Position numbers and translations under genes: made by a program
From: Candidatus Rokuibacteriota bacterium
GTDB taxonomy: Bacteria; Methylomirabilota; Methylomirabilia; Rokubacteriales; DASRDR01
DNA length: 60,746 bases
Direction: 5' to 3'
Assembly: GCA_044866005.1 (NCBI GenBank)
Contig: JBIOTN010000232.1
Location: forward strand, 1-60,746
The notes under the pieces: model-generated
Databases searched by the model: none
What the model was told of the DNA's origin: nothing
The model's input: only the letters and a program-made list of their open reading frames with translations
Shown here: piece after piece, positions 26,833 through 35,937 of the stretch
How the letters are laid out: every line of letters begins with the position of its first letter
Numbering within the stretch: position 1 is the stretch's first letter

Positions 26833-28785
26833 TCACGGCCGCTTCGCCGCCGGCAGGGGCACGCCCTTCGCCACCGGGCGCGGGCGGGACGACCATTGCA
26901 GCCACAGGAGCGTGGCGCCGAGCGCCAGGCCCAGGGCGTCGGCAGCGAGCTCGGGAAGCCAGCCGAGCGGCGGGATCAGCAGGAAGGCGGCGGCGGCGAA
27001 CGCCCAGATCCGCTGGCCCCACCCGAGCGGCCGGGTGAAGTAGCCGGCGCAGCCGATGCCGAGCAGCACCACCCCGATCCCCGCCGTCACCGTGGAGCCC
27101 GCGATCGCGAGCGGCGCGCCCTGGCCGATCAGCGCGGGGTGATAGACGAAGACGAACGGCACGACGTAGGCCACGATGCCGAGCCGCATCCCCGTCCAGC
27201 CCGTGCGCCAGAAATCGGACCGCGCGATCGCCGCCGCGGCATAGGTCGCCAGGCAGTCGGGCGGCGTGATCAGCGACAGCATGCCGAAGTAGAACAGGAA
27301 GAGGTGCGCCGCCAGCGGCACGATCCCCATCTGCGCCAGCGCCGGACCCACGAGCACCGCCAGCGTGACGTAGACCACGGTCGTCGGCAGCGACATGCCG
27401 AGCAGGATGCTCACGGCCGCCGTGAGCAGCAGCAGGAAGAAGGTGTGGCCGCCGGCCAGGCTGAGCAGGAGCAGGGGCAGCTTCGAGGTGAAGCCGGAGA
27501 GCTGGAGCGCGCCGATGACGATGCCGGCGAGCGTCACGATGGCGACGAGGTCCAGGAGCGTGCGGCCCGTGGCCTCGAGGCAGTCGAGGAGGCCGCGCCA
27601 GGAGGGGCGCGTCTCCTTCTGGAGCGCGCCGACCGCGAGCGTGACGGCGACGGCGAGCATGCCGGCCTGCCCCGCCTCCCAGGTCGCGTACATCAGGGTG
27701 TAGACGAGCACGAGGAGGGGGACGAGGAAGACCCACCCGCGGCGCATGACGGTGCGGAAGGCCGGGATCTGCTCGCGCGGGAGCCCTCGCAGCCCGTGGC
27801 GGGCCGCCTCGAGGTCGACCTGCACGAAGAGCGCGAGGTAGTAGAGGCAGGCCGGGATGGCGGCGGCGAGCGCGACCTGGCCGTACGGGATGGCCAGGTA
27901 CTCGGCGATGAGGAACGCCGCCGCCCCCATCACGGGGGGCATGAGCTGGCCGCCGTTGGACGAGACCGCCTCGATCGCCGCCGCGACGTGCGCCGGGTAC
28001 CCGGCGCGCTTCATCATGGGGATGGTGATCGCGCCGTCGACGACCACGTTGGCCACGGCGCTGCCCGACACGGTGCCGTAGAGCGACGAGGACAGGACCG
28101 CCATCTTCGCCGGCCCCCCGCGGTACCGGCCCATCGCGACGAGGGCCAGGGCGGTGAGGAATTTGTCCCCGCCCACGGCGGTGAGCGCCTGCCCGAAGAA
28201 GATGTAGGCGACGACGATGCTCGCCGTGACCGCCAGCGGCACGCCGAGGATCCCGTTGCTGTCGAGGTAGAGGTAGGCGGCGATGCGGCTCCACGGCGAA
28301 CCCTTCGCGTGGAAGACGCCGGGGAGCAGCCACGCGAACTTCGCGTAGAGGATGCAGGCCAGGCCGATCCACATCAGGGCCCAGCCGGCGACGCGTCGCA
28401 CGGCCTCGAGCACCAGCACGACGGCCAGCCCCCCCAGGGCGACCCGCTCCCAGGCGAGCAGGCCGAGCTGGTAGGCCACGGTCGGGTAGAACACGGCGAC
28501 GTAGCCGCCCACCAGGAGGCTCGCCGCGGCGAGGAGCCAGTCGTACCAGGGGACGGAGCGGCCGGCGGTGTCGTCGGGCCGGGCGCGCGCGCACACGAAC
28601 ACCGGCGCCAGCCCGAGCCCCAGGAAGAGGCCGAGGTACTGCTCGTTGAAGAAGGCGACCGGCAGGAGGTGATGGAGCCGCGCGGCCCAGGCGGCGCCCA
28701 CGACGGTGAGCGTGACCAGCAGGACGCGCTCGGCGGTCCGGGCACGGCCGCCGAGGGGCCGCCACTTCGCGAGGATCTCGGTCAC
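26833..28785 (-). CDS. TRAP transporter fused 4TM/12TM permease
   Basis: RGGPAK, SGSAVANV, TIPMMK, MPPVMGAAAF, ITPP. Confidence 0.93.
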   Translation of the reverse strand: MTEILAKWRPLGGRARTAERVLLVTLTVVGAAWAARLHHLLPVAFFNEQYLGLFLGLGLAPVFVCARARPDDTAGRSVPWYDWLLAAASLLVGGYVAVFYPTVAYQLGLLAWERVALGGLAVVLVLEAVRRVAGWALMWIGLACILYAKFAWLLPGVFHAKGSPWSRIAAYLYLDSNGILGVPLAVTASIVVAYIFFGQALTAVGGDKFLTALALVAMGRYRGGPAKMAVLSSSLYGTVSGSAVANVVVDGAITIPMMKRAGYPAHVAAAIEAVSSNGGQLMPPVMGAAAFLIAEYLAIPYGQVALAAAIPACLYYLALFVQVDLEAARHGLRGLPREQIPAFRTVMRRGWVFLVPLLVLVYTLMYATWEAGQAGMLAVAVTLAVGALQKETRPSWRGLLDCLEATGRTLLDLVAIVTLAGIVIGALQLSGFTSKLPLLLLSLAGGHTFFLLLLTAAVSILLGMSLPTTVVYVTLAVLVGPALAQMGIVPLAAHLFLFYFGMLSLITPPDCLATYAAAAIARSDFWRTGWTGMRLGIVAYVVPFVFVYHPALIGQGAPLAIAGSTVTAGIGVVLLGIGCAGYFTRPLGWGQRIWAFAAAAFLLIPPLGWLPELAADALGLALGATLLWLQWSSRPRPVAKGVPLPAAKRP

Positions 28786-28795
28786 CAGCCGGCTC

Positions 28796-29824
28796 TTACG
28801 GGTTCATCGACAAGAGCTTCTGCTGCGCCTGCTCCATGGCCGGCGTCCACACGCCGCGTTCCTTGTAAAACTTGACCGCCGCCGGGTGGTAGGGGAGCGT
28901 GGCGTCCGGGTCGACGAAGCGCTCCCGCGTGAACTCCTTGAAGACGGGGTGGATCGGTGGGAGCTTGTCCACGTTCTCCCAGACCGCGCGCAGCGTCGCC
29001 TCCACCACGGCATCGGCGATCGCCTTGCCGGTGGCGATGTGCAGGTCGTACGCGATCACGCACGTGTCCTCGACGACGGCCGTGGCGCCCCCCGCCTTGA
29101 CCCAGCGCGGGTAGTAGCCGGGCACCGCCTGGCGCAGCCGACGCTCGCCGTCGGGCGAGCAGTCGATCGAGACGTGGCGGACGCCGATCGCGGCGTCGGC
29201 CTCCTTCACCTTCGCGCCGTTCAGCGAGAACCCGGTGGCGTCGGCGCGGCCCTGGACGAGGGCATCCACGCCCTCGTTCACCGCCGGGACCGGGACGACC
29301 CTGACGTCCGTCCAGGTGAGCCCGGCGCTCTGGAGGAACCCGAACATGTTGTACCAGACCGCCAGATGGGCGGGGTACTCGCCGGTCACCCGCTTGCCCT
29401 TCACGTCGTGCATGCTCTTGATGGGCGAGTCCCTGCGGACGAGCGGGGCCACCAGGAACGGCGAGCCGCGGATCACCAGCCGCACGTTCGGCGCGTGGGG
29501 ATAGGGGTTGCGGCCGCCGATCTTGAAGGACGGGCCGCGATAGGCGAGCGCCATGTCGACCGCGTTCACGACGCCGAAGTCGAGCTCGCCGGAGTTGAGC
29601 TGCGGGATGAAGGTGGAGGAGCCGGAGTACGGCTGCACGGCCATCTGGACGCGGCCGCTCTCGCCGACGACCTTGGCGATGCCGCTGCCGACCGCGTAGA
29701 AGACGGTGGCCGGCGGGTTGGTGCCGATGCTGACCGCCGTCTGCGCCGCCGCCGCCGGCGGGCCCAGGAGGGCGGCGGCGAGGGTGAGGGCCCACAGGGG
29801 CGGCGGCAGGCAGGTTCGGGTCAT
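28796..29824 (-). CDS. TAXI-family TRAP solute-binding protein
   Basis: ATG at 29824; signal peptide, IGTNPPATVFY, PYHPAAVKFYKE. Confidence 0.9.
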   Translation of the reverse strand: MTRTCLPPPLWALTLAAALLGPPAAAAQTAVSIGTNPPATVFYAVGSGIAKVVGESGRVQMAVQPYSGSSTFIPQLNSGELDFGVVNAVDMALAYRGPSFKIGGRNPYPHAPNVRLVIRGSPFLVAPLVRRDSPIKSMHDVKGKRVTGEYPAHLAVWYNMFGFLQSAGLTWTDVRVVPVPAVNEGVDALVQGRADATGFSLNGAKVKEADAAIGVRHVSIDCSPDGERRLRQAVPGYYPRWVKAGGATAVVEDTCVIAYDLHIATGKAIADAVVEATLRAVWENVDKLPPIHPVFKEFTRERFVDPDATLPYHPAAVKFYKERGVWTPAMEQAQQKLLSMNP

Positions 29825-29901
29825 CAACGTGGTCCTCCCCGGTCGTCCGGGGCGTCGCGGGTCGAGACCGATCGTCCGGTGCCCCCTCGGCCCCTGCGGG
29901 C

Positions 29902-31443
29902 TCACTCCTCGAGCGCCCACAGGCGCGGCGGCGCGCCGTCGAGCCCGAGCTCGGCCCAGCGCGCGGCGACCGCCTCGTAGGTGGCGCGGCGCACCTTCGT
30001 CCGCTTCGCGAACTGCTTGAGGTAGCGGTGCTCCATGCAGGCGTTGATCAGCGCCTTCGAGCCGTAGGGGCGCTCCTCGGGGGGATTCTGCGTGGGATCG
30101 AGCCAGGTCGACCAGGTCTGTCGCAGGATGTCGATGTCCTCCGCCGGGTTGCAGCGCGTGGACATCGCCCAGAGCACCTGGTTGACGTCCGAGGGATCCA
30201 CGTCCTCGTCCACCGCGACGATCCACTTCGAGAAGTAGGCGCCGCCCGGACACTGCGCGGTCAGCGCGAGGGTCTGCGGGGCGTGGCCCGCGTACCGCTG
30301 CTCGACCGACACCACGGTCATGGCGAAGCCGCCCGCCGCCGCCGGATGGGCGTACACGCCCCGGATCCCGGGCACGCCGAGGCGCTCCAGATCGTTCCAG
30401 ATCCGCGCGGACCGGGCGATGGAGTAGAGCAGCGCGTTCTCGTTGGCCGGGTAGTCCGCCATCATGGCGTGCGTCAGCACCGGCTCGTCCCGGTAGTGGA
30501 CCGCCTTCACCTCGACCAGGAACGCGAGGTCCTCGGGGCGCCCGTAGTAGCCCTGGAACTCCCCGAACGGGCCTTCGAGCTTCTGCGAGTTCGGGGGGAT
30601 GAGCCCCTCCGCGACGATCTCGGCCCGGGCCGGATAGGGCAGGCTCGTGGCCTCGCCCTTCGTGAGCTCCACCGGCCGGCCCGTCATGCCGCCCACGAAG
30701 TCGAGCTCCGAGAGCGTCTTGGGGAACGTCTGGGACGCCGCGATGAACAGCGCGGGGTCGATCCCCCAGCAGCACACGACCTCGCACGGCTCGTTCCGGC
30801 TCCAGTACCGCTCGATGTGGAGCCGCGCGTCCTTGCCCGGGGACAGGTAGAGGCCCACCTGATCCCGGCCCTGCACCATCTGGCGGTAGGTCCCGACGTT
30901 GAGCCACCCGCCGTCCGGGTCGCGCGTGATGATGGCGTCGCAGGTGCCGATGTACTCGCCGCCGTCCCGCGGCCAGTGCCGCGCCGCCGGGAAGATGCGC
31001 ACGTCGACCTCGCGGCCGCGCATGTGGTGGGCGTTGACCGGCGCCGCGCGCCCGTCGACGTCGACGGGCGGGCGCTGCACGTCGAACTTCGCCTTGCAGC
31101 GCCGGATCGCCTCCATGACGCCGAGGCCCGTCGGCTCGCCGATCGCGAGCGCGAACCGATCCACGCTCGAGCCGATGGGGTTCCAGAGCGCCTTGAAGCC
31201 GGGTGGACAGCCCGCGACGCGCTCGAAGAGCAGCGCCGGCGCGTTGATCGTCTGATGGGCCATGTAGGTGATGGCGCCCATCTCCTCGTTCCGGCTCACC
31301 TCGCGGGTGATCCGCCGGAGCTGGCCGATGGCCTCGACCGCGGTCATCCATTCCCGCAGGTCGCGAGGCCCCCGGGGGGCCGGCGCGCCCCCGCGCTCCG
31401 CGCCCGGAACCGCCCGGCCAGGTCCGACCGCCATCTCGTCCAT
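29902..31443 (-). CDS. UbiD-family prFMN-dependent (de)carboxylase
   Basis: SD GGAGGAGG then ATG at 31443; PALLFE, NVGTYR, EGPFGEFQGYY, VDEDVD, WAMSTR. Confidence 0.92.
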   Translation of the reverse strand: MDEMAVGPGRAVPGAERGGAPAPRGPRDLREWMTAVEAIGQLRRITREVSRNEEMGAITYMAHQTINAPALLFERVAGCPPGFKALWNPIGSSVDRFALAIGEPTGLGVMEAIRRCKAKFDVQRPPVDVDGRAAPVNAHHMRGREVDVRIFPAARHWPRDGGEYIGTCDAIITRDPDGGWLNVGTYRQMVQGRDQVGLYLSPGKDARLHIERYWSRNEPCEVVCCWGIDPALFIAASQTFPKTLSELDFVGGMTGRPVELTKGEATSLPYPARAEIVAEGLIPPNSQKLEGPFGEFQGYYGRPEDLAFLVEVKAVHYRDEPVLTHAMMADYPANENALLYSIARSARIWNDLERLGVPGIRGVYAHPAAAGGFAMTVVSVEQRYAGHAPQTLALTAQCPGGAYFSKWIVAVDEDVDPSDVNQVLWAMSTRCNPAEDIDILRQTWSTWLDPTQNPPEERPYGSKALINACMEHRYLKQFAKRTKVRRATYEAVAARWAELGLDGAPPRLWALEE

Positions 31444-31508
31444 CTGCCTCCTCCTCATCCGCGTGCGCCGCGGATTCGCCCGGCGCCTCGGCCGGGCGCG
31501 TCCCCATC

Positions 31509-31540
31509 GATTGCAGCGCGGATCGCCCCGGCGTGCAATC
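31509..31540 (-). promoter_or_regulatory. Palindromic sigma-70-type promoter/operator upstream of the UbiD gene
   Basis: GATTGCA-N18-TGCAATC; minus strand reads TTGCAC-N17-TGCAAT. Confidence 0.5.
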
Positions 31541-31679
31541 CCCCTCAGCCGGGCCGCCCATCCCCGGCACGGCCGGCCTGTCCAGGCCCGCCAGGACGGC
31601 CCTGCCCGCGAGGTGGCGGCTCCGCCCGCGGGGCACCGCCGTCTGTGGAACACGGTCAAGGGACCCCCTCGCCGGCGGC

Positions 31680-32921
31680 TCATGCCACGAAGCGCCAGTC
31701 GTAGGGCGCGCGGGAGATGACCTCGGGCCCGCGCTGGGTCACGATCAGCTGCTCCTCGAGCTTGACGTTCTCCCGCCCGCCGGCCTCGCCGACCAGCGCC
31801 TCGACGCAGAGCACCATGTTCTCCTGGATCACGTCCGGGTCGTTGCCGAAGCCGCTCCAGCTCACGTCGGGGAAGTAGATGGCCGGCCACTCGTCGGACA
31901 TCCCCGCCCCGTGCGCCAGCACCACGTAGCGATTGGCCCGGTACTTGTCGGGGAAGGCCGGCGCCTTCTCGCCGATCTCCCCGAAGCTCATCCCGGGCTG
32001 GAACAGCGGGATCGACTCCTGGAGGAAGCGGTACGCGAAGTCGTAGAGCTCACGCTGCTCGGCCGTGGGCCGTCGGTCCCCGCACAGGTAGGTGCGCGAG
32101 ACGTCCGCGAAGTAGCCGAGGGGCCCCGCCATGTCGGTGTCGAACGCCACGAGCTCGCCGTCCCGGACCAGCCGGTCCGACGCGGCCTGGTACCAGGGAT
32201 TCGTGTGATCGCCCGCGGCCAGCAAGCGGCCGTCGGTGTGCTCCCCGCCGAGCCGGATGTTCGTCGCGGTGAAGATCGACCACAGCTCGTTTTCGGTCAC
32301 GCCCGGACGGATCGCGTCCCGGAGCGCCGCGATGCCCACGTCGGCGACGGCGCAGGCCTGCCGGATCAGGGTGAGCTCGTCCTCGGTCTTGATGGCGCGC
32401 GCGCGCTCCACCGGCACCCGGGCGTCGGCCAGGCGGAGCTGTTGCGCCCGCAGCGCCTCGAACCCGACGAAGTCCAGGCGGTCGATCCCCAGGCGCTCGC
32501 GGGTCACGCCCCGCTCCTCGAGACCGGCCCGCAGCTCGACCGCCCACCGTCGCGCGGCCTCCTCGACGCTTCTCCCGCAGGGGAAGTAGTCCCAGGTGCG
32601 CCCGGCCCGGACCTCGACGTCGGCGTCCGCCGACTCCTCGAGGCCACCGAAGAGGACCGCGCGGCCCTCGCGCGGGACGAGCGCGTAGCGGTAATAGAAG
32701 CGGAGCCCGAAGCCGGGCGACGAGTCCCGCCGGCCCGTGGCGTAGCGGATGTTGATCGGGTCGTAGAGGAGGGCCGCGCCCAGGTCGGCCCGGGCCAGCT
32801 CGGCCTGCAGCCGCGCCAGCCGCGCGCGCCGGAGACGCGCGATGTCCACGCGCGGCTCGTAATCCACGATCTCTCGGCCCACCAGCTCGCGCCGGGGGAC
32901 CCCCTTCGCCTCTGTCCCCAT
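31680..32921 (-). CDS. M24 metallopeptidase-fold protein, DddP-like clade
   Basis: LYDPINIRYAT, TNPWYQ, AFDTD, YFADVSRT, HGAGMSDEWP, CVE, VKLEEQ. Confidence 0.8.
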   Translation of the reverse strand: MGTEAKGVPRRELVGREIVDYEPRVDIARLRRARLARLQAELARADLGAALLYDPINIRYATGRRDSSPGFGLRFYYRYALVPREGRAVLFGGLEESADADVEVRAGRTWDYFPCGRSVEEAARRWAVELRAGLEERGVTRERLGIDRLDFVGFEALRAQQLRLADARVPVERARAIKTEDELTLIRQACAVADVGIAALRDAIRPGVTENELWSIFTATNIRLGGEHTDGRLLAAGDHTNPWYQAASDRLVRDGELVAFDTDMAGPLGYFADVSRTYLCGDRRPTAEQRELYDFAYRFLQESIPLFQPGMSFGEIGEKAPAFPDKYRANRYVVLAHGAGMSDEWPAIYFPDVSWSGFGNDPDVIQENMVLCVEALVGEAGGRENVKLEEQLIVTQRGPEVISRAPYDWRFVA

Positions 32922-32990
32922 CGCTCGCCCTCCGTTCTCCACACCCGCCGCCGCAGGGCCTGTCGCCGGCGCCACCCCCGGCGGCGCCGG

Positions 32991-33872
32991 CTAGAGCCCC
33001 GCCACCGCGGGAATGATCTCCCGGCCGAAAAGCTCGAGCGGCCGGAGCTCGTGGACGTTCGGCAGGTTGAAGATGACGTGGTCCACGCCGAGGGCGCGGA
33101 GCTCCTGGCACTGCTCGATGACCTCCCGCGCGGTCGTCTGGCCGGACGCCAGGTGGACCGTCCCCAGCGCCGTCTTCTCGATCTCGGCGTAGTTCCGGCC
33201 GAGGGCGTCGCAGTGACGGCGCAGGACGGCGAGCTTGTCCCGGATCACGTCCAGGCCGGCGCCGACGAAGAGGTTGCAGGCGTCGGCGTACTGCGCCACC
33301 AGCCGCAGGGTCTTCTGCTCCCCCGCGCCGCCGACCAGGATCGGCGGGTGCGGCCGGCTCACCGGCTGCGGGCGACAGAGGGGCTCCGCCAGGCGGTAGT
33401 GCCGGCCGTCGAACGGCGCGGGGTCGTCGGCCCACATCTGGTGCGCGAGCCGGAGCAGCTCCTCCAGTCGCGCGAACCGATCCTTGAGCGGGGGGAAGGG
33501 CACGCCGAGTCCACGGGCCTCGCGCTCGTGCCACGCCGCGCCGACGCCGAGATAGGCGCGGCCGCCGGACACGACGTCCAGCGTCGTCACGGTCTTCAGG
33601 AGGACGCCGGGATGCCGGTACACCACGCCCGTCACCATCGTGCCCAGCTTGACCCGCGTGGTCACGCCGGCCAGGAAGCCGAGCGCGCTGTACGCCTCCA
33701 GCATGGGCTCGTCCGGCGGGCCGAGGAAGTGGATCTGGAAGAAGTGGTCCATGAGCCACAGGCTGTAGAACCCGGCCTCGTCCGCCGTGCGGGCGATCGC
33801 GGTCAGGTGCCTGCCGATCTCCGCGGCCCCGCCCGGCCAGGTGAAGCTGGGGATCTGGAGTCCCACCCGCAT
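32991..33872 (-). CDS. LLM-class F420-dependent oxidoreductase
   Basis: ATG at 33872; WLMDHFFQI, MLEAY, VTGVVYRHPG, GEQKTLRLVAQYADACN. Confidence 0.9.
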   Translation of the reverse strand: MRVGLQIPSFTWPGGAAEIGRHLTAIARTADEAGFYSLWLMDHFFQIHFLGPPDEPMLEAYSALGFLAGVTTRVKLGTMVTGVVYRHPGVLLKTVTTLDVVSGGRAYLGVGAAWHEREARGLGVPFPPLKDRFARLEELLRLAHQMWADDPAPFDGRHYRLAEPLCRPQPVSRPHPPILVGGAGEQKTLRLVAQYADACNLFVGAGLDVIRDKLAVLRRHCDALGRNYAEIEKTALGTVHLASGQTTAREVIEQCQELRALGVDHVIFNLPNVHELRPLELFGREIIPAVAGL

Positions 33873-33895
33873 CACGCTCTCCTCACCATCGCAGT

Positions 33896-35200
33896 CTAGG
33901 GCCAGCGGACCTTGAGGCCGTGCGGGTCGGCCCGCTCGACCCCGTCGATGATGCGCGTGATCGGTGCGACGCCCACCAGCGCGCCCCGCCGGCCGTCGGG
34001 CTCGACGCGGACGACGCCCACCCCGGGACTGCTGCCCACGGCGTTGCCGGTGCCGGGCACGTTCGCGGTCAGGGGATGCGGGCCCCGCAACGAGACGAAG
34101 ATCCAGTCGCCGGCGGGGGCGACGTCCAGGATGTCGGGCGCCGGATCGCTGCTCAGGCGCCCGGACAGGCCGATCTCGTCGACCACCCGGTCCGTCGCCG
34201 TGTCCACGACGATGAGGCGATTGGCGAACCGGTCGCCGACCCACAGGAATCGCCCGCCCTTGGTCAGCGCCCCGCCGTGGGCGTCGACGAAGCGCCGGTC
34301 GTCATGGCTGAAGACCAGCGTCGGCGCCGGACTGTTCGGGGCGTGGCCGGTGGGCGTGACCCGACTCAGGGGGAAGGCGTAGAGATCTGCATGGGCCGGG
34401 TCGGCCGGGCTGCCGCCGCCGGCGCGGATGTACATCTTCCCCGCGGCCTCGGCGCCGCCGCAGCCGTTCGGATGGACGGTCGCCCGGTCGTACTCCGCGA
34501 GGATCGACATCGGCGTGGCCGTGCTGTCCACGACCAGGAGGCCCCCGCCGCGCAGGGTGACGAACGTGAGGCGGCCCGTGGAGTCGATCACCGGACAGAT
34601 GGGGGCGTTGTCCGGCCGGAGGAGGGGGTCCTCGCACGCCGCGCCGCTCGGCGTCCGGCACCGCGCCAGGTCCAGGGTCGCGGCCGGCTCCAGGGAAAAG
34701 GAGTTGGCCGCGTAATCCGTGCGGATCCGCTGCAAGAGCTTGCCGTTCTGGTTCGCGACCACGACGTGAGACCGATCAGGCGACGGAAACGCGGCGTGGG
34801 CCTGCTCGCCGACGTGGAGACAGGCGACCGGCGCCCGGGTCGCCGCGAGCATGAACAGGAGGTGGCCGCTCGCGACGTACGAGACGATGGCGTGGGCGTG
34901 CGTGTGGTCGAAGGCGATCATGTGAGGCCGTCGCGGCACCGAGCCGGTCCGCTCGCGGCAGAACCCCTGGACCCGGCCGCCCAGGTCGATCACCTCGGGG
35001 ACCGCGCGCGCGGCCGGGCCCCCGGTCAGCGCCTCACCCGGGTAGATGTAGAGCGTGCCGCCACCGTCCGGCGTCGTGTCCGCCTGATCGATGACCCAGA
35101 TTTCGTATTGGACGGCGGCGGCGACACCCGGGAGTCCTCCGACGCCGAACCCGGCGACCGCCGCGCCGAGGAGGCACGCGAGCGTCGCCGTGCCCCTCAC
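33896..35200 (-). CDS. Secreted beta-propeller protein (YncE-like)
   Basis: Signal peptide; repeated blade motifs RPHM, QAHA, DAHG, APDI, DPHG; several Cys. Confidence 0.65.
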   Translation of the reverse strand: MRGTATLACLLGAAVAGFGVGGLPGVAAAVQYEIWVIDQADTTPDGGGTLYIYPGEALTGGPAARAVPEVIDLGGRVQGFCRERTGSVPRRPHMIAFDHTHAHAIVSYVASGHLLFMLAATRAPVACLHVGEQAHAAFPSPDRSHVVVANQNGKLLQRIRTDYAANSFSLEPAATLDLARCRTPSGAACEDPLLRPDNAPICPVIDSTGRLTFVTLRGGGLLVVDSTATPMSILAEYDRATVHPNGCGGAEAAGKMYIRAGGGSPADPAHADLYAFPLSRVTPTGHAPNSPAPTLVFSHDDRRFVDAHGGALTKGGRFLWVGDRFANRLIVVDTATDRVVDEIGLSGRLSSDPAPDILDVAPAGDWIFVSLRGPHPLTANVPGTGNAVGSSPGVGVVRVEPDGRRGALVGVAPITRIIDGVERADPHGLKVRWP

Positions 35201-35284
35201 GCTGGGCTCCCGCGCGGCTCGCGCTTCCCCACCTCGTGGAACCGCTCGTGAATCGGCGGGCGTGCGACGCGGGACGGGGCGCGC

Positions 35285-35923
35285 TCAGCCACCCGGGCAG
35301 ACGGCACCGGTGTCGGCCCAGGCCTGGATCAAGGCGCCGAAGGCGGCCTGAGTGCCGGGGGCGGGCTCCCGGCCGACGCCCGGCGACCACGCCCAGCCGA
35401 CGAGGGAGTCGTGGGTCACGTGCTCGACGATCTCGGCGAGGCTATGGCCACCGTTGCGCGAGGGATCTTTGACCTGCGCGCAGATCTCGGCGAGGGACCG
35501 GCCCTGCCAGGCCATCGTCACCGGCGCGAGGTGCCAGTTCGGGTGGCCGGGCATGCCGACCGCATCGTAGTTCGCGGCCTGGTGGCAGGCCGTGCAGCGC
35601 AACCCGGCCACGCCGTGGCCGTCGGCCCCGCGACGCACCCAGGGCTGATGCGGATGACCGTTCTCGCCTTGCAGCGGCCGGTCCCCGGCCGGGTGGCAGT
35701 TGACGCAGCGCGGGTGCTGCAGCACCTTGCCGGCCTCGACGAACAGCGCGGTCGAGCGCTGCCGCTCCTCGGCGATCCCGGCGAAGGCGCTGGGGGGCGA
35801 GAGCTCCCGGCCGCCCTGCGCCACGGCGGCGTCCGGCGCCAGCCACACGGCGAGGCCGGCGGCCGCCACGGCCAGGAGAGCGCCGGCGATCAGACCCTCG
35901 ACGGCTCGCGGCCGCATCGGCAT
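35285..35923 (-). CDS. Diheme cytochrome c partner of the IorAB-type oxidoreductase
   Basis: ATG at 35923; signal anchor; CVNCH and CTACH. Confidence 0.85.
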   Translation of the reverse strand: MPMRPRAVEGLIAGALLAVAAAGLAVWLAPDAAVAQGGRELSPPSAFAGIAEERQRSTALFVEAGKVLQHPRCVNCHPAGDRPLQGENGHPHQPWVRRGADGHGVAGLRCTACHQAANYDAVGMPGHPNWHLAPVTMAWQGRSLAEICAQVKDPSRNGGHSLAEIVEHVTHDSLVGWAWSPGVGREPAPGTQAAFGALIQAWADTGAVCPGG

Positions 35924-35937
35924 GGTCCTCTCCCGCC

